This document shows, piece by piece, positions 9,970 through 18,005 of a stretch of DNA of 64,000 nucleotides. Each line of letters opens with the position of its first letter. Position 1 is the first letter of the stretch. The notes below the pieces were generated by a model. That model worked only from the letters and a program-made list of their open reading frames with translations, was not told the origin of the DNA and made no database searches. The stretch is from positions 1,024,001-1,088,000 of the forward strand of contig JBDRZU010000001.1 in the NCBI GenBank assembly GCA_039804105.1, in the 5' to 3' direction. The DNA is from a candidate division WOR-3 bacterium (GTDB taxonomy: Bacteria; Hydrothermota; 32-111). The position numbers were made by a program, and so were the translations under genes.

Positions 9970-10681
9970 CCATTGAATTTTTTTCTCCTAAACCAGAATC
10001 GTAAGCAATATTTATAAGGTCTGTATCTCCTTCAAGAGTTATTTCATCAAAAATTCCTTTCAATTTAATATCTTTGAATTTTATTAATTTTGTATATGTA
10101 TATTTTTTAGAAGCATAGACATTTACTCCTTTACCGGTATATTTTTCACCAAAAAGAATCTCATATTTTTTTGCAAGATTATTATTCACTCTAATATTAA
10201 ACTCATCATCTATTTTCGTAAGATATTCAACTCTTCCATTTTCATAAAGTTTTGACACAACTATTGGTGAATTGCATATAAATTTATCTTTTCCTTTAAA
10301 TTTTGGGGTTCCTCTTATTTTTATTTCCTGTATTTTAAAATACTCATGTTTTATCTCTAAATAGCCCAATTCATAAAAACCTAAAGCGATTATTTCCAAT
10401 AATCTATTCAATGGAGATGATATAAACCATTTAAAACAACCATTTGACAGTTTCAAGTCAAGATCTTTCACTTTGAAAATATTACCTTTTAAAAATGAAT
10501 AGGTAAAAAGTTTGATATTTTTGTGTTCGTTTTCTTCATAAAAACCATCATCATGTATTTTTTTTGCAAGATCTTTATCGACAACATTTATTGATTTATA
10601 AATCGCAGAAGTCAGATAATAATTGTAGTTAAGTGGAATAGACCTTAACTGGTCATTACAACAAATAATTTCTATTCTCAA
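9941..10681 (-). CDS. cas6: CRISPR-associated endoribonuclease Cas6
   Basis: IPLNYNY, HDDG, KLFTYS, SPIVVS and the C-terminal glycine-rich loop GLGEKNSMGFGMI. Confidence 0.95.
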   Translation of the reverse strand: MRIEIICCNDQLRSIPLNYNYYLTSAIYKSINVVDKDLAKKIHDDGFYEENEHKNIKLFTYSFLKGNIFKVKDLDLKLSNGCFKWFISSPLNRLLEIIALGFYELGYLEIKHEYFKIQEIKIRGTPKFKGKDKFICNSPIVVSKLYENGRVEYLTKIDDEFNIRVNNNLAKKYEILFGEKYTGKGVNVYASKKYTYTKLIKFKDIKLKGIFDEITLEGDTDLINIAYDSGLGEKNSMGFGMIEKKE

Positions 10682-10692
10682 AATTTCCCCTC

Positions 10693-12435
10693 TTATATTA
10701 AGTTTATTAAATCGCTCAATTCCCTTATTTTTTCTATATTTTTTGCATTCAAAAATTTTATGTATCTACAGAAAGTTTGTTTAAAAAGTTTCAGTCCTTT
10801 TAAATTTTTTATTATATCTTCCATAACATCTTCATCTTTGTATTTGATATAATATGTTAACAATCCTCTTATTCCAAAAAGCAAATAATCTTCTTTTTCG
10901 AATTCTTTCATTTTTTTAAAAAAGTAATAATAAAGTTTTTTCGACATCTCTTGATCAGTTTCAAGAAATGAAAATGCATAATACTCAATTGCAAGATAAT
11001 ACATGTAATAGAATCTTGTGTCCTTAACTAATTCAAAGAAATCTTCCCACAAAAACTTCACTTCTTCTGATTTTCCAAGATGTGCATTCAATCTTATCTT
11101 CTCAAAATGGATAAAAACTTTCTGAATATTTTCAGGAGTTGCTTTTTTAAGATAATTTTCAGCAAGACCAATATATTTTTTAGAATTATTATAATTCCCT
11201 TTTAAAGTATTCAATTTTGCAAGATAACAGCAAACTCTTGATACATCAGAAGTAAGATACTTTTTACAAAACTCAAGATTATTTAAAAGATATTTTTCTG
11301 CTTTTTTAAAATCCTTATTGTGTATTAAGTATTGAGATAAAGTTCCATAGGTTGATATAGAAAGGTGTTTTCCTGTATATTTTTTTTCTTCCAAGTTCAA
11401 TTTCAAAAGTTTTAAGCCCTCTTTAAATCTGTAAATGTCTTTTAAAAATACTGCATAAACATTGTTAAATTCGATAGAAATATTATTATACTCAAATAAT
11501 TTTTCTTTTATAAGTTCATTTTTTGTATCATTTGCTCTTTTAAAATAATTTTCAGCAGTTAAAATATCTCCCGATTGATTATAATGTAATGCCAATCTTG
11601 ATAGAACAAGAAAGTAATAATTCTTTGACTTTATATCCTCTCTATTTTTAAGATATGCCTCAAGATTATTGTAAATTGGAAGATAGGAATTTTTATCACT
11701 CTTCAACAGATAATTTTCAGCAATATTGAACATTCTTTCAACACCAGAGAGAAATCTTTTATCGACTGTTTCAGTGTAATCTCCAAAGACATTTTTTATT
11801 ACTTCTTTAAAATTTTTCAATTTTTTATCAGGATAAACAAAGATTCCCTCTTTTATTTCCTTATCAAAACAATATTTTTTTTCTTCTATAAAATCAACTT
11901 CAAGCAGATTACCTTCAAAATCGAGTGCTCCAGTAAAACAAAATTTATCTTCCACATATCTATTCGTTACTGCCAAATATAAAAGCACTGCTATTGGAAG
12001 TTCGAGCGATTCACAATCAAGAGAAAAAATCTTTTCTATCTCATCAAAATTTTCAAGTATTATTTTGTTAGGATTCAAATCAATGATTATCTCTTTTTGG
12101 GCAAAATATTTTTCAACAACCACAACTGCTTTTCTTATAACATTTGCTATGTTTTCCTTATAAATGATTGTTTCATTTTCAGAAAAATTGACTTTTAACG
12201 GAATAAGAACCGGATACTTTTGATTTTTATCTATTATTACCACAGGAGCAAAAACATTATATTCCAAATGTGGATTTAAAATATCTACACTTTTACTCAA
12301 ATTTTTCAAAATTGTCTTCATATCATATGTTTTCACTTCATTTAAAAGTTTATCTATTATTAATTTTGAATGACTATAATTTTGAAATTTCAAAAGTAAA
12401 TTCAAATATTCAAATGACCTTAAATCTGATCTCAA
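10693..12435 (-). CDS. Lon-type (S16-like) Ser-Lys protease domain fused to a C-terminal TPR-like helical repeat region
   Basis: DCE-S143-LELPIAV...FCFTGALDFEGNLLEVDFIEE-K186 aligns by eye with Lon DGPSAG...AMTGEI...GxVxPIGGxxEK, with the same 43-residue Ser-Lys spacing. About aa 230-580 is helical repeats (LALHYNQSGDILTAENYFKRA; LAKLNTLKGNYNNSKKYIGLA). No AAA+ or SAVED domain visible. Confidence 0.75.
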   Translation of the reverse strand: MRSDLRSFEYLNLLLKFQNYSHSKLIIDKLLNEVKTYDMKTILKNLSKSVDILNPHLEYNVFAPVVIIDKNQKYPVLIPLKVNFSENETIIYKENIANVIRKAVVVVEKYFAQKEIIIDLNPNKIILENFDEIEKIFSLDCESLELPIAVLLYLAVTNRYVEDKFCFTGALDFEGNLLEVDFIEEKKYCFDKEIKEGIFVYPDKKLKNFKEVIKNVFGDYTETVDKRFLSGVERMFNIAENYLLKSDKNSYLPIYNNLEAYLKNREDIKSKNYYFLVLSRLALHYNQSGDILTAENYFKRANDTKNELIKEKLFEYNNISIEFNNVYAVFLKDIYRFKEGLKLLKLNLEEKKYTGKHLSISTYGTLSQYLIHNKDFKKAEKYLLNNLEFCKKYLTSDVSRVCCYLAKLNTLKGNYNNSKKYIGLAENYLKKATPENIQKVFIHFEKIRLNAHLGKSEEVKFLWEDFFELVKDTRFYYMYYLAIEYYAFSFLETDQEMSKKLYYYFFKKMKEFEKEDYLLFGIRGLLTYYIKYKDEDVMEDIIKNLKGLKLFKQTFCRYIKFLNAKNIEKIRELSDLINLI

Positions 12436-13252
12436 TCATCTCCCCACTTTTTAAAGATTTTACTTTGATAATATTTTCTTTTTCAAAAGATGGAGTCAAA
12501 ATAAGTTCTTTATCTTCTAATTTTTTATTATCTATTAAAAATTTACCTTTTATACTTTTACATATAATTTTTTTGTCTTCAAACTTCAGAAACAAAATAT
12601 TTCCATCATTAAACTTTATTTCTCTCATTTTTTGTAATTTTTCTATATTCTTTATAATTTCGTCTTTTTCTGGTTGTTTCTTTTTTGCTGCCAAAACAGG
12701 TTTTAAAAAATCAACAGGTATTTCCCAGACAAAAACCTTATCTTTTTTAAATTCTTCTATGTAAGTTTTCAAATGGATATATGGAGAAATAAATTTGAAT
12801 TCATCTTCTTTTATTATTTTAAAAACATCATTTAAAATTATATTCAAATTCAAATCTTTCAAATTTGTATCTTCAATATATTTTGAAAAAACGAACGCCT
12901 CTTTCGGCAAAGAAATTTGCACTGGCGCAAAATATATTTTTTGTTTTAATTTTAGGGAGTCATAACACAACTCAGTTTTTCCTTCATATTCTGGGATAAA
13001 TATAACCTCATTATCTAAAATTTCCTTTACAAAAACAAATTTTTCAGGAACTGATTTTAGAATTGGGTTATATAGTGAATAAACTTTTTGGGGTGAGATT
13101 TCAGGAGGACTCTTTCCAATTAAAAATTTTTCAAGCCAATCGTTTAAAGTTTTTAAATACAATTTTTCTTTCTTTTTATCAAATAAAATCTTTTCACCTG
13201 ACTTAAAAAGTATATATTTTTCAAAATCATTAAATTCAATCTGATTTTTCAT
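12410..13252 (-). CDS. Hypothetical protein, putative CalpT-like anti-sigma factor / protease substrate
   Basis: 280 aa, between a sigma-like gene and the Lon-TPR gene (overlaps the latter). N-terminal segment reminiscent of a PemK/MazF-like fold; VLAA at aa 186-189 precedes a ~90-aa beta-rich domain. Confidence 0.5.
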   Translation of the reverse strand: MKNQIEFNDFEKYILFKSGEKILFDKKKEKLYLKTLNDWLEKFLIGKSPPEISPQKVYSLYNPILKSVPEKFVFVKEILDNEVIFIPEYEGKTELCYDSLKLKQKIYFAPVQISLPKEAFVFSKYIEDTNLKDLNLNIILNDVFKIIKEDEFKFISPYIHLKTYIEEFKKDKVFVWEIPVDFLKPVLAAKKKQPEKDEIIKNIEKLQKMREIKFNDGNILFLKFEDKKIICKSIKGKFLIDNKKLEDKELILTPSFEKENIIKVKSLKSGEMIEIRFKVI

Positions 13253-13313
13253 AAACTCCTCAATCTTTCTTTCAATAAATATAAACTAAAAAATTTTCAA
13301 AAAACAAAAATTT

Positions 13314-14243
13314 TTATTTATTTTTGTAATTTTTTAAAATATTTTTTAAATCATCACAAGAGAGAGAATTTTTTACAACAAATTCTTCTATTTTTTTTTC
13401 AATCTTTTTTACATAAAACTGTATATTCTGTGGAGAAGTTTTTAATTCCTCTGCAATCTTTACAATTGTTATATCTTGTAAAAATTTAGATATAATACTT
13501 TTTTCATAATCGTTAAACAATGATTCAAATTTTTCATAATAAAAATTCCAATCCATTTCTTCTGTTTTTAATACAATTTCGTTTTCTCTTATACTACCAT
13601 TACCTTGTTCTTGTTCATCATCAATGATATTCACAACATCATTAAAAGCATATTTCAATTCATCCATTACTTTTTTTATCGATATTTTTCCATTTTCTCT
13701 GTATATCAAATAATCAAGATATTCTTGTAAATCTTTTGTTTTAAATAGTTGCTTGTTTCCTCTTAATTTTGGCTTTTGCGGAATTCTATTCTTTTCGAAA
13801 TTTCTAATCTTATTTTTATTGATCAAAATTTCTTGATCAAATTTAATATCTTTTTTAATTCCATAAAATTCTATTAAAATTTTCTTTATAGTAAAAAAAA
13901 GTTTTTTTTCTGGCTTTTTAGAAGTAATATCTTCGACATAATTTTCAAACATTCTGTTGATTAATTTTTTAAAACCTGTTTCATCAGAAAGATGACCTTT
14001 TTCAATTTTTCCCTTAAAGTAATTTAGATTGTTGTATATTTTTTTAGAAATAAAATTATATATCTCTGATTTAGCAAGATCTTCATTTTCTTTATTATAT
14101 ATTTCAAAAATGATGTAGTATTCGGGATTATGGTAAAACTTTTGTAAAAGATATTCTGTTAAAATTGTTATAAATTGTTCATTTAATTTTTTTTTCTGGG
14201 GGGTTTCTTTATTTTCAATTATTTTTTTTAATAATTCAAACAT
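13314..14243 (-). CDS. ECF-like sigma-70 family factor (CalpS-like position)
   Basis: Region-2-like DLAKSEIYNF...GFKKLINRMFENYVEDI and region-4 HTH FNDYEKSII...ITIVKIAEELKTSPQNIQFYVKKIEKKI. Start moved to ATG 14243 because the ORF-track TTG at 14282 is the -35 box. Confidence 0.65.
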   Translation of the reverse strand: MFELLKKIIENKETPQKKKLNEQFITILTEYLLQKFYHNPEYYIIFEIYNKENEDLAKSEIYNFISKKIYNNLNYFKGKIEKGHLSDETGFKKLINRMFENYVEDITSKKPEKKLFFTIKKILIEFYGIKKDIKFDQEILINKNKIRNFEKNRIPQKPKLRGNKQLFKTKDLQEYLDYLIYRENGKISIKKVMDELKYAFNDVVNIIDDEQEQGNGSIRENEIVLKTEEMDWNFYYEKFESLFNDYEKSIISKFLQDITIVKIAEELKTSPQNIQFYVKKIEKKIEEFVVKNSLSCDDLKNILKNYKNK

Positions 14244-14253
14244 AAATATAAAA

Positions 14254-14282
14254 AATATAAAGTATTTTTTTACTATTGTCAA
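14254..14282 (-). promoter_or_regulatory. Sigma70-type promoter for the sigma/anti-sigma/Lon-cas operon
   Basis: TTGACA (14282-14277), N17, TATATT (14259-14254); ATG about 10 nt downstream, so near-leaderless. Confidence 0.6.
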
Positions 14283-14314
14283 TATATTTTATTTTTTCGA
14301 GAAAAACAATCAAG

Positions 14315-14893
14315 GTTTCCATACCAAAAATGGTGCGATTAAGACCGAGAACGATCCGTTCTCGTCGATTTATAGAATCTTAAAGTTTCCATACCAAAAA
14401 TGGTGCGATTAAGACAAAAAACAATGAAAATTAAAAAAATCATTTCACTTATGTTTCCATACCAAAAATGGTGCGATTAAGACATTTTGAACAACATCGA
14501 CGAAGTTATTTACATCAACCCGTTTCCATACCAAAAATGGTGCGATTAAGACCTAAGATAGGAAGATAGGAAGAGAACAAAAGGAGGCAAAATGTGTTTC
14601 CATACCAAAAATGGTGCGATTAAGACACAACCCCTCTGCTGAGGGCTTCATCACATCTTCTCGAAAGTTTCCATACCAAAAATGGTGCGATTAAGACATT
14701 GATGGATTTATTACTGATTTTTTATGGTCTGATGAAGTTTCCATACCAAAAATGGTGCGATTAAGACGGGGTGAGGAGTTTAGGTACTCCTCTGACTACG
14801 ATAAAGGATTTTGTTTCCATACCAAAAATGGTGCGATTAAGACATAAAATAAAATAAAATAAAAAAATAGGCACCACCGGGTGCGATTAAGAC
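14315..14893 (-). CRISPR. CRISPR array: 8 identical 31-bp repeats plus one half repeat; 7 full spacers (37-45 bp) and a 36-bp leader-proximal segment
   Basis: The + strand repeat GTTTCCATACCAAAAATGGTGCGATTAAGAC starts at 14315, 14385, 14453, 14522, 14596, 14667, 14737 and 14813; GGTGCGATTAAGAC only at 14880-14893. The minus-strand form ends in ATGGAAAC (typical 3' handle). Confidence 0.97.
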
Positions 14894-14913
14894 AGGATCA
14901 TAAATTTAATTTT

Positions 14914-14941
14914 ATTATATACTTATTTTAAAATTTGTCAA
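14914..14941 (-). promoter_or_regulatory. Consensus sigma70 promoter in the CRISPR leader
   Basis: TTGACA (14941-14936), N16, TATAAT (14919-14914), pointing into the array. Confidence 0.75.
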
Positions 14942-14944
14942 GAT

Positions 14945-14994
14945 TTTTCTGTCGATCGGTGGTCGTGCAAAAAACCCGGGGGATCGACAGAAAA
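14945..14994. promoter_or_regulatory. 13-bp perfect inverted repeat in the CRISPR leader
   Basis: TTTTCTGTCGATC (14945-14957), 24-nt loop, GATCGACAGAAAA (14982-14994); GC-rich island in an AT-rich leader. Confidence 0.7.
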
Positions 14995-15044
14995 TTTTCG
15001 CTGTAATATTTACTTTGATATTATAATAAATATAATATCACATT

Positions 15045-15890
15045 ATGATTTATACTTTTTTTGCTGCTTTTTTAATTGGAATTGCAGATGGTTGTTCAAA
15101 GTATGCTATAAGTAAATTGAAAACAGGAAGATTGATGTTCATTTCTGGAACAACTCAAATTTTACTAACCTTTATTTTCTTTAAAATCATGAATGGTAAA
15201 CTTCCTGAGGTATTAACAATTTTTAAACTCTCTTTTATTCAGATTCTTTCAACAATTGCATATCTTTCTTATGTTATAGCACTTTACTATGGAAATGTAT
15301 CAATTATAACCGCTATAATCTCTTCTTCATCAATTTTTACATTTTTACTTGGAACTCTTGTTTTAAAAGAAAAAATAAGTTTTTTTCAGTTTCTCGGAAT
15401 CATTCTGGTTATTGTAGGGAGTATTGGAATTTCGTATGAAAAAAAATCAAACACTCAAAATAACAAAAAAATTCTCTGGCTTACATTAACTGTAATCGCA
15501 ACTATACTCTGGGGAATCTGGGCATTTTTGATCAAAATAATGGTTTCTCATATTAAACCCTTTGAACTCTCTTTTTTTAATTCAACATTCTCTTTTGTTT
15601 TTCTTTTACCATATATGTTTTTTTCTATAAAAACAGAAAAAAATGTTCGAATCGATATTTTTTCAGTTTTTGTTTCAATTCTTTTTGCGGTATTCGTTTT
15701 CACAGGACTTGTTTCTTTTTATTATTCTGCTTCAAGAATACCTGTCTCAATAGCGTTTCCAATATTTTGTTCGTCTCCTCTTGTAACTGCAATATTTTCT
15801 GCAATATTTTTTAAAGAAAAATTACAACTACATCAATATTTTTCTCTGTTTATTATAATTTTTAGTTTATTTTTAATTAATCTGACTTGA
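15045..15890 (+). CDS. EamA/DMT family transporter
   Basis: About 10 TM helices in two repeats with LKEKIS and FKEKL motifs. Confidence 0.85.
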   Translation: MIYTFFAAFLIGIADGCSKYAISKLKTGRLMFISGTTQILLTFIFFKIMNGKLPEVLTIFKLSFIQILSTIAYLSYVIALYYGNVSIITAIISSSSIFTFLLGTLVLKEKISFFQFLGIILVIVGSIGISYEKKSNTQNNKKILWLTLTVIATILWGIWAFLIKIMVSHIKPFELSFFNSTFSFVFLLPYMFFSIKTEKNVRIDIFSVFVSILFAVFVFTGLVSFYYSASRIPVSIAFPIFCSSPLVTAIFSAIFFKEKLQLHQYFSLFIIIFSLFLINLT

Positions 15891-15926
15891 ATTGAATTAA
15901 GTAAAAATTTCTGATATAATCAACCA

Positions 15927-16865
15927 ATGCAGATTTTTATATCTACATTCAGTTCAGTTCTTGGATTGCTTGTAATTGGACTATTAGGATTTTTTCTTGT
16001 ATCAAAAAAATTTCTTGATGAAAAAATTTTTTCCTTCCTTTCAACATTATCTCTTGAAATATCTTTGCCTTGTATGATTTTTTCAGATATTATAACAAAG
16101 TTTGATCCAGTAAGACAAGAAAAATGGTTTTTTTATCCACTTTATTGGGTTGCAACTACTACTTTTATTACTTTTATTTCTTTTCTTGGAAAATTTTTAT
16201 CACCAGAAGAAAACAGAAAAGAGTTTTTTGTTTCTTTGTTGTTTCAAAATGGAATATTTTTCCCTCTTGCAATTTTTTCAACAGTTGATTCTTTTATTGG
16301 ATATAAGATAGATCTTTTTCTATTTATGATGTTTTATGCTGCATTCTTGTTTAATACCTTTTCATTTTTTTACTCAGGGAAAATTGAAAAATTAAATATT
16401 TCAAAAACATTTCATCCAGTTCTTATAGCAACTTTAATCGCATTGATCTTAAAACTTTCATCTTTATCAAATTTCATTCCTGATTTTTTTATAGAAGCTT
16501 TGAAAATGGTTGGATCTATGTCTGTTCCGCTACTAATTCTAATTCTTGGAGGAAACATTTATGTTGACTTAAAAAGATCAAAAAAATTTTATGTAAAAAC
16601 AATTCTATCTTTTGTTCTTTTGAAAAATTTTGTTTTTCCCTTTTTAGGAATTTTGATCCTCTATTTCTTAAAATTGCCTCAAAACATTTCCACAATCATA
16701 TTGCTTGAACTTGCAGTTCCACCGATAACTGCATTACCAATCCTTGTTGAAAGAAACAAAGGAAACAGCAGAGTTGCCAATCAACTTATTCTCTTTTCTT
16801 TTTTAGTTTCACCTATATCAATACCTTTTTCTTTATTTTTGCTTTATAAATTTCTTGGATTTTAA
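15927..16865 (+). CDS. AEC (auxin efflux carrier/malate permease) family transporter
   Basis: SLPCMIF, FQNGIFFPL, VPLLILILG and LAVPP motifs; about 10 TM. Confidence 0.8.
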   Translation: MQIFISTFSSVLGLLVIGLLGFFLVSKKFLDEKIFSFLSTLSLEISLPCMIFSDIITKFDPVRQEKWFFYPLYWVATTTFITFISFLGKFLSPEENRKEFFVSLLFQNGIFFPLAIFSTVDSFIGYKIDLFLFMMFYAAFLFNTFSFFYSGKIEKLNISKTFHPVLIATLIALILKLSSLSNFIPDFFIEALKMVGSMSVPLLILILGGNIYVDLKRSKKFYVKTILSFVLLKNFVFPFLGILILYFLKLPQNISTIILLELAVPPITALPILVERNKGNSRVANQLILFSFLVSPISIPFSLFLLYKFLGF

Positions 16866-17612
16866 AACTTTTTTAGATTTATTCCAATAAATATCAAGTT
16901 CATCAAGCGAAAGATTTTCAAAATTTTTACCATCTTTCTTTATGAGTTCTTCCATACATTTGAACCTGTCTGCAAATTTTATCGTTGCTTTCCTCAACGC
17001 TATTTCTGAATCTACATTCAATCTGTTTGCAAGATGAACTATCGTGAAAAATATGTCTCCAATCTCATTTTCAAACTCTTTTTTGTTTCTCGATTTTTTT
17101 AACTCTTCTATCTCCTCTTCAAGTTTTTTATAAACATCTTCTATTTTATCCCATTCAAATTTTTTCGATGATGCTTTTTTTTGAACTTTATATGCAAGGA
17201 TCATAGAAGGAAGATATATCGGAATTTTGTCCATTATAGATTTATGGTTTTTCTCGTTCTTTTTAATTTCCACCCAATTTTTTAAAACTTCTTTTTCATC
17301 TTTAACTTTAACATTTTCAAAAACATGTGGATGTCTTCTGATCAACTTTTTCTCAAGATTTTTTAATACATCCTTTAAAGTGAATTCCCCTTTTTCTTCT
17401 CCTATTGCAGAATGAAGAATTACCTGTAGTAAAATATCTCCAAGTTCATCAACAATTTTTGCTTTATCTTTTTTGTCAATCGCATCAACAAGTTCATAAG
17501 ATTCTTCAACCACAAATCTTCTAAGTGATTTATGTGTCTGTTTTTTATCCCATGGACATTCTTTTCTTAACTTTTTAACAACTTTTACAAGTCTTTCAAA
17601 ATCTTTTTTCAT
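16833..17612 (-). CDS. mazG: Nucleoside triphosphate pyrophosphohydrolase MazG
   Basis: CPWDKKQTH, EESYEL, DELGDILLQV, RRHPHVF and EIGD; tandem MazG domains. Confidence 0.95.
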   Translation of the reverse strand: MKKDFERLVKVVKKLRKECPWDKKQTHKSLRRFVVEESYELVDAIDKKDKAKIVDELGDILLQVILHSAIGEEKGEFTLKDVLKNLEKKLIRRHPHVFENVKVKDEKEVLKNWVEIKKNEKNHKSIMDKIPIYLPSMILAYKVQKKASSKKFEWDKIEDVYKKLEEEIEELKKSRNKKEFENEIGDIFFTIVHLANRLNVDSEIALRKATIKFADRFKCMEELIKKDGKNFENLSLDELDIYWNKSKKVLKSKKFIKQK

Positions 17613-17995
17613 CTGATCTGTTCTTTTTCTGCCTGTCTTCTTTTATAATCCTCGATCGCCGCTTTTATTCCATCTTCTGCAAGAACAGAACAATGCGTTT
17701 TAATCGCAGGAAGACCACCAAGTTGGTCAACAACATCTTTGTTTGTGATTTTTAAGGCTTCTTCTATAGTTTTTCCTTTCACAAGATCTGTTGTTATCGA
17801 AGAAGATGCGATAGCGGCAACACAACCAAATGTTTCAAATTTCACATCCACAATAACATTGTTTTCAACTTTAATATATATCACCATTTCGTCACCACAC
17901 TGAGGGTTTCCAACTCTTCCTACTCCATCAGGATTTTCCATCTTTCCATAGTTATGTGGATTTCTAAAATGTTCCATGACTGTATTACTGTACAT
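17609..17995 (-). CDS. iscU: Fe-S cluster scaffold NifU/IscU
   Basis: HFRNPHN, GNPQCGD, FGCVAAIASSS, KTHCSVLA. Confidence 0.93.
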   Translation of the reverse strand: MYSNTVMEHFRNPHNYGKMENPDGVGRVGNPQCGDEMVIYIKVENNVIVDVKFETFGCVAAIASSSITTDLVKGKTIEEALKITNKDVVDQLGGLPAIKTHCSVLAEDGIKAAIEDYKRRQAEKEQIR

Positions 17996-18005
17996 AAAAA
18001 ACTCC

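Noticed and set aside
10693..12435. Housekeeping Lon or canonical CalpL
   Set aside because: No Walker A/B AAA+ module and no recognisable SAVED domain; the C-terminus is helical repeats.
14244..14282. ORF-track N-terminal extension MTIVKKYFIFFIF of the sigma-like gene
   Set aside because: The TTG is part of a TTGACA -35 box; ATG 14243 fits better.
14346..14364. Hairpin CGAGAACG-ATC-CGTTCTCG in spacer 1 as an ncRNA or anti-repeat
   Set aside because: Confined to one spacer and not complementary to the repeat; probably inherited from the protospacer.
14698..14736. Spacer 6 peptide (IDGFITDFLWSDE) resembles Csx19 FDGFIDEEYYLWNEE, suggesting self-targeting
   Set aside because: The nucleotide match to about 845-885 is short and gapped, so likely chance. 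No convincing spacer self-match was seen in the window by eye.
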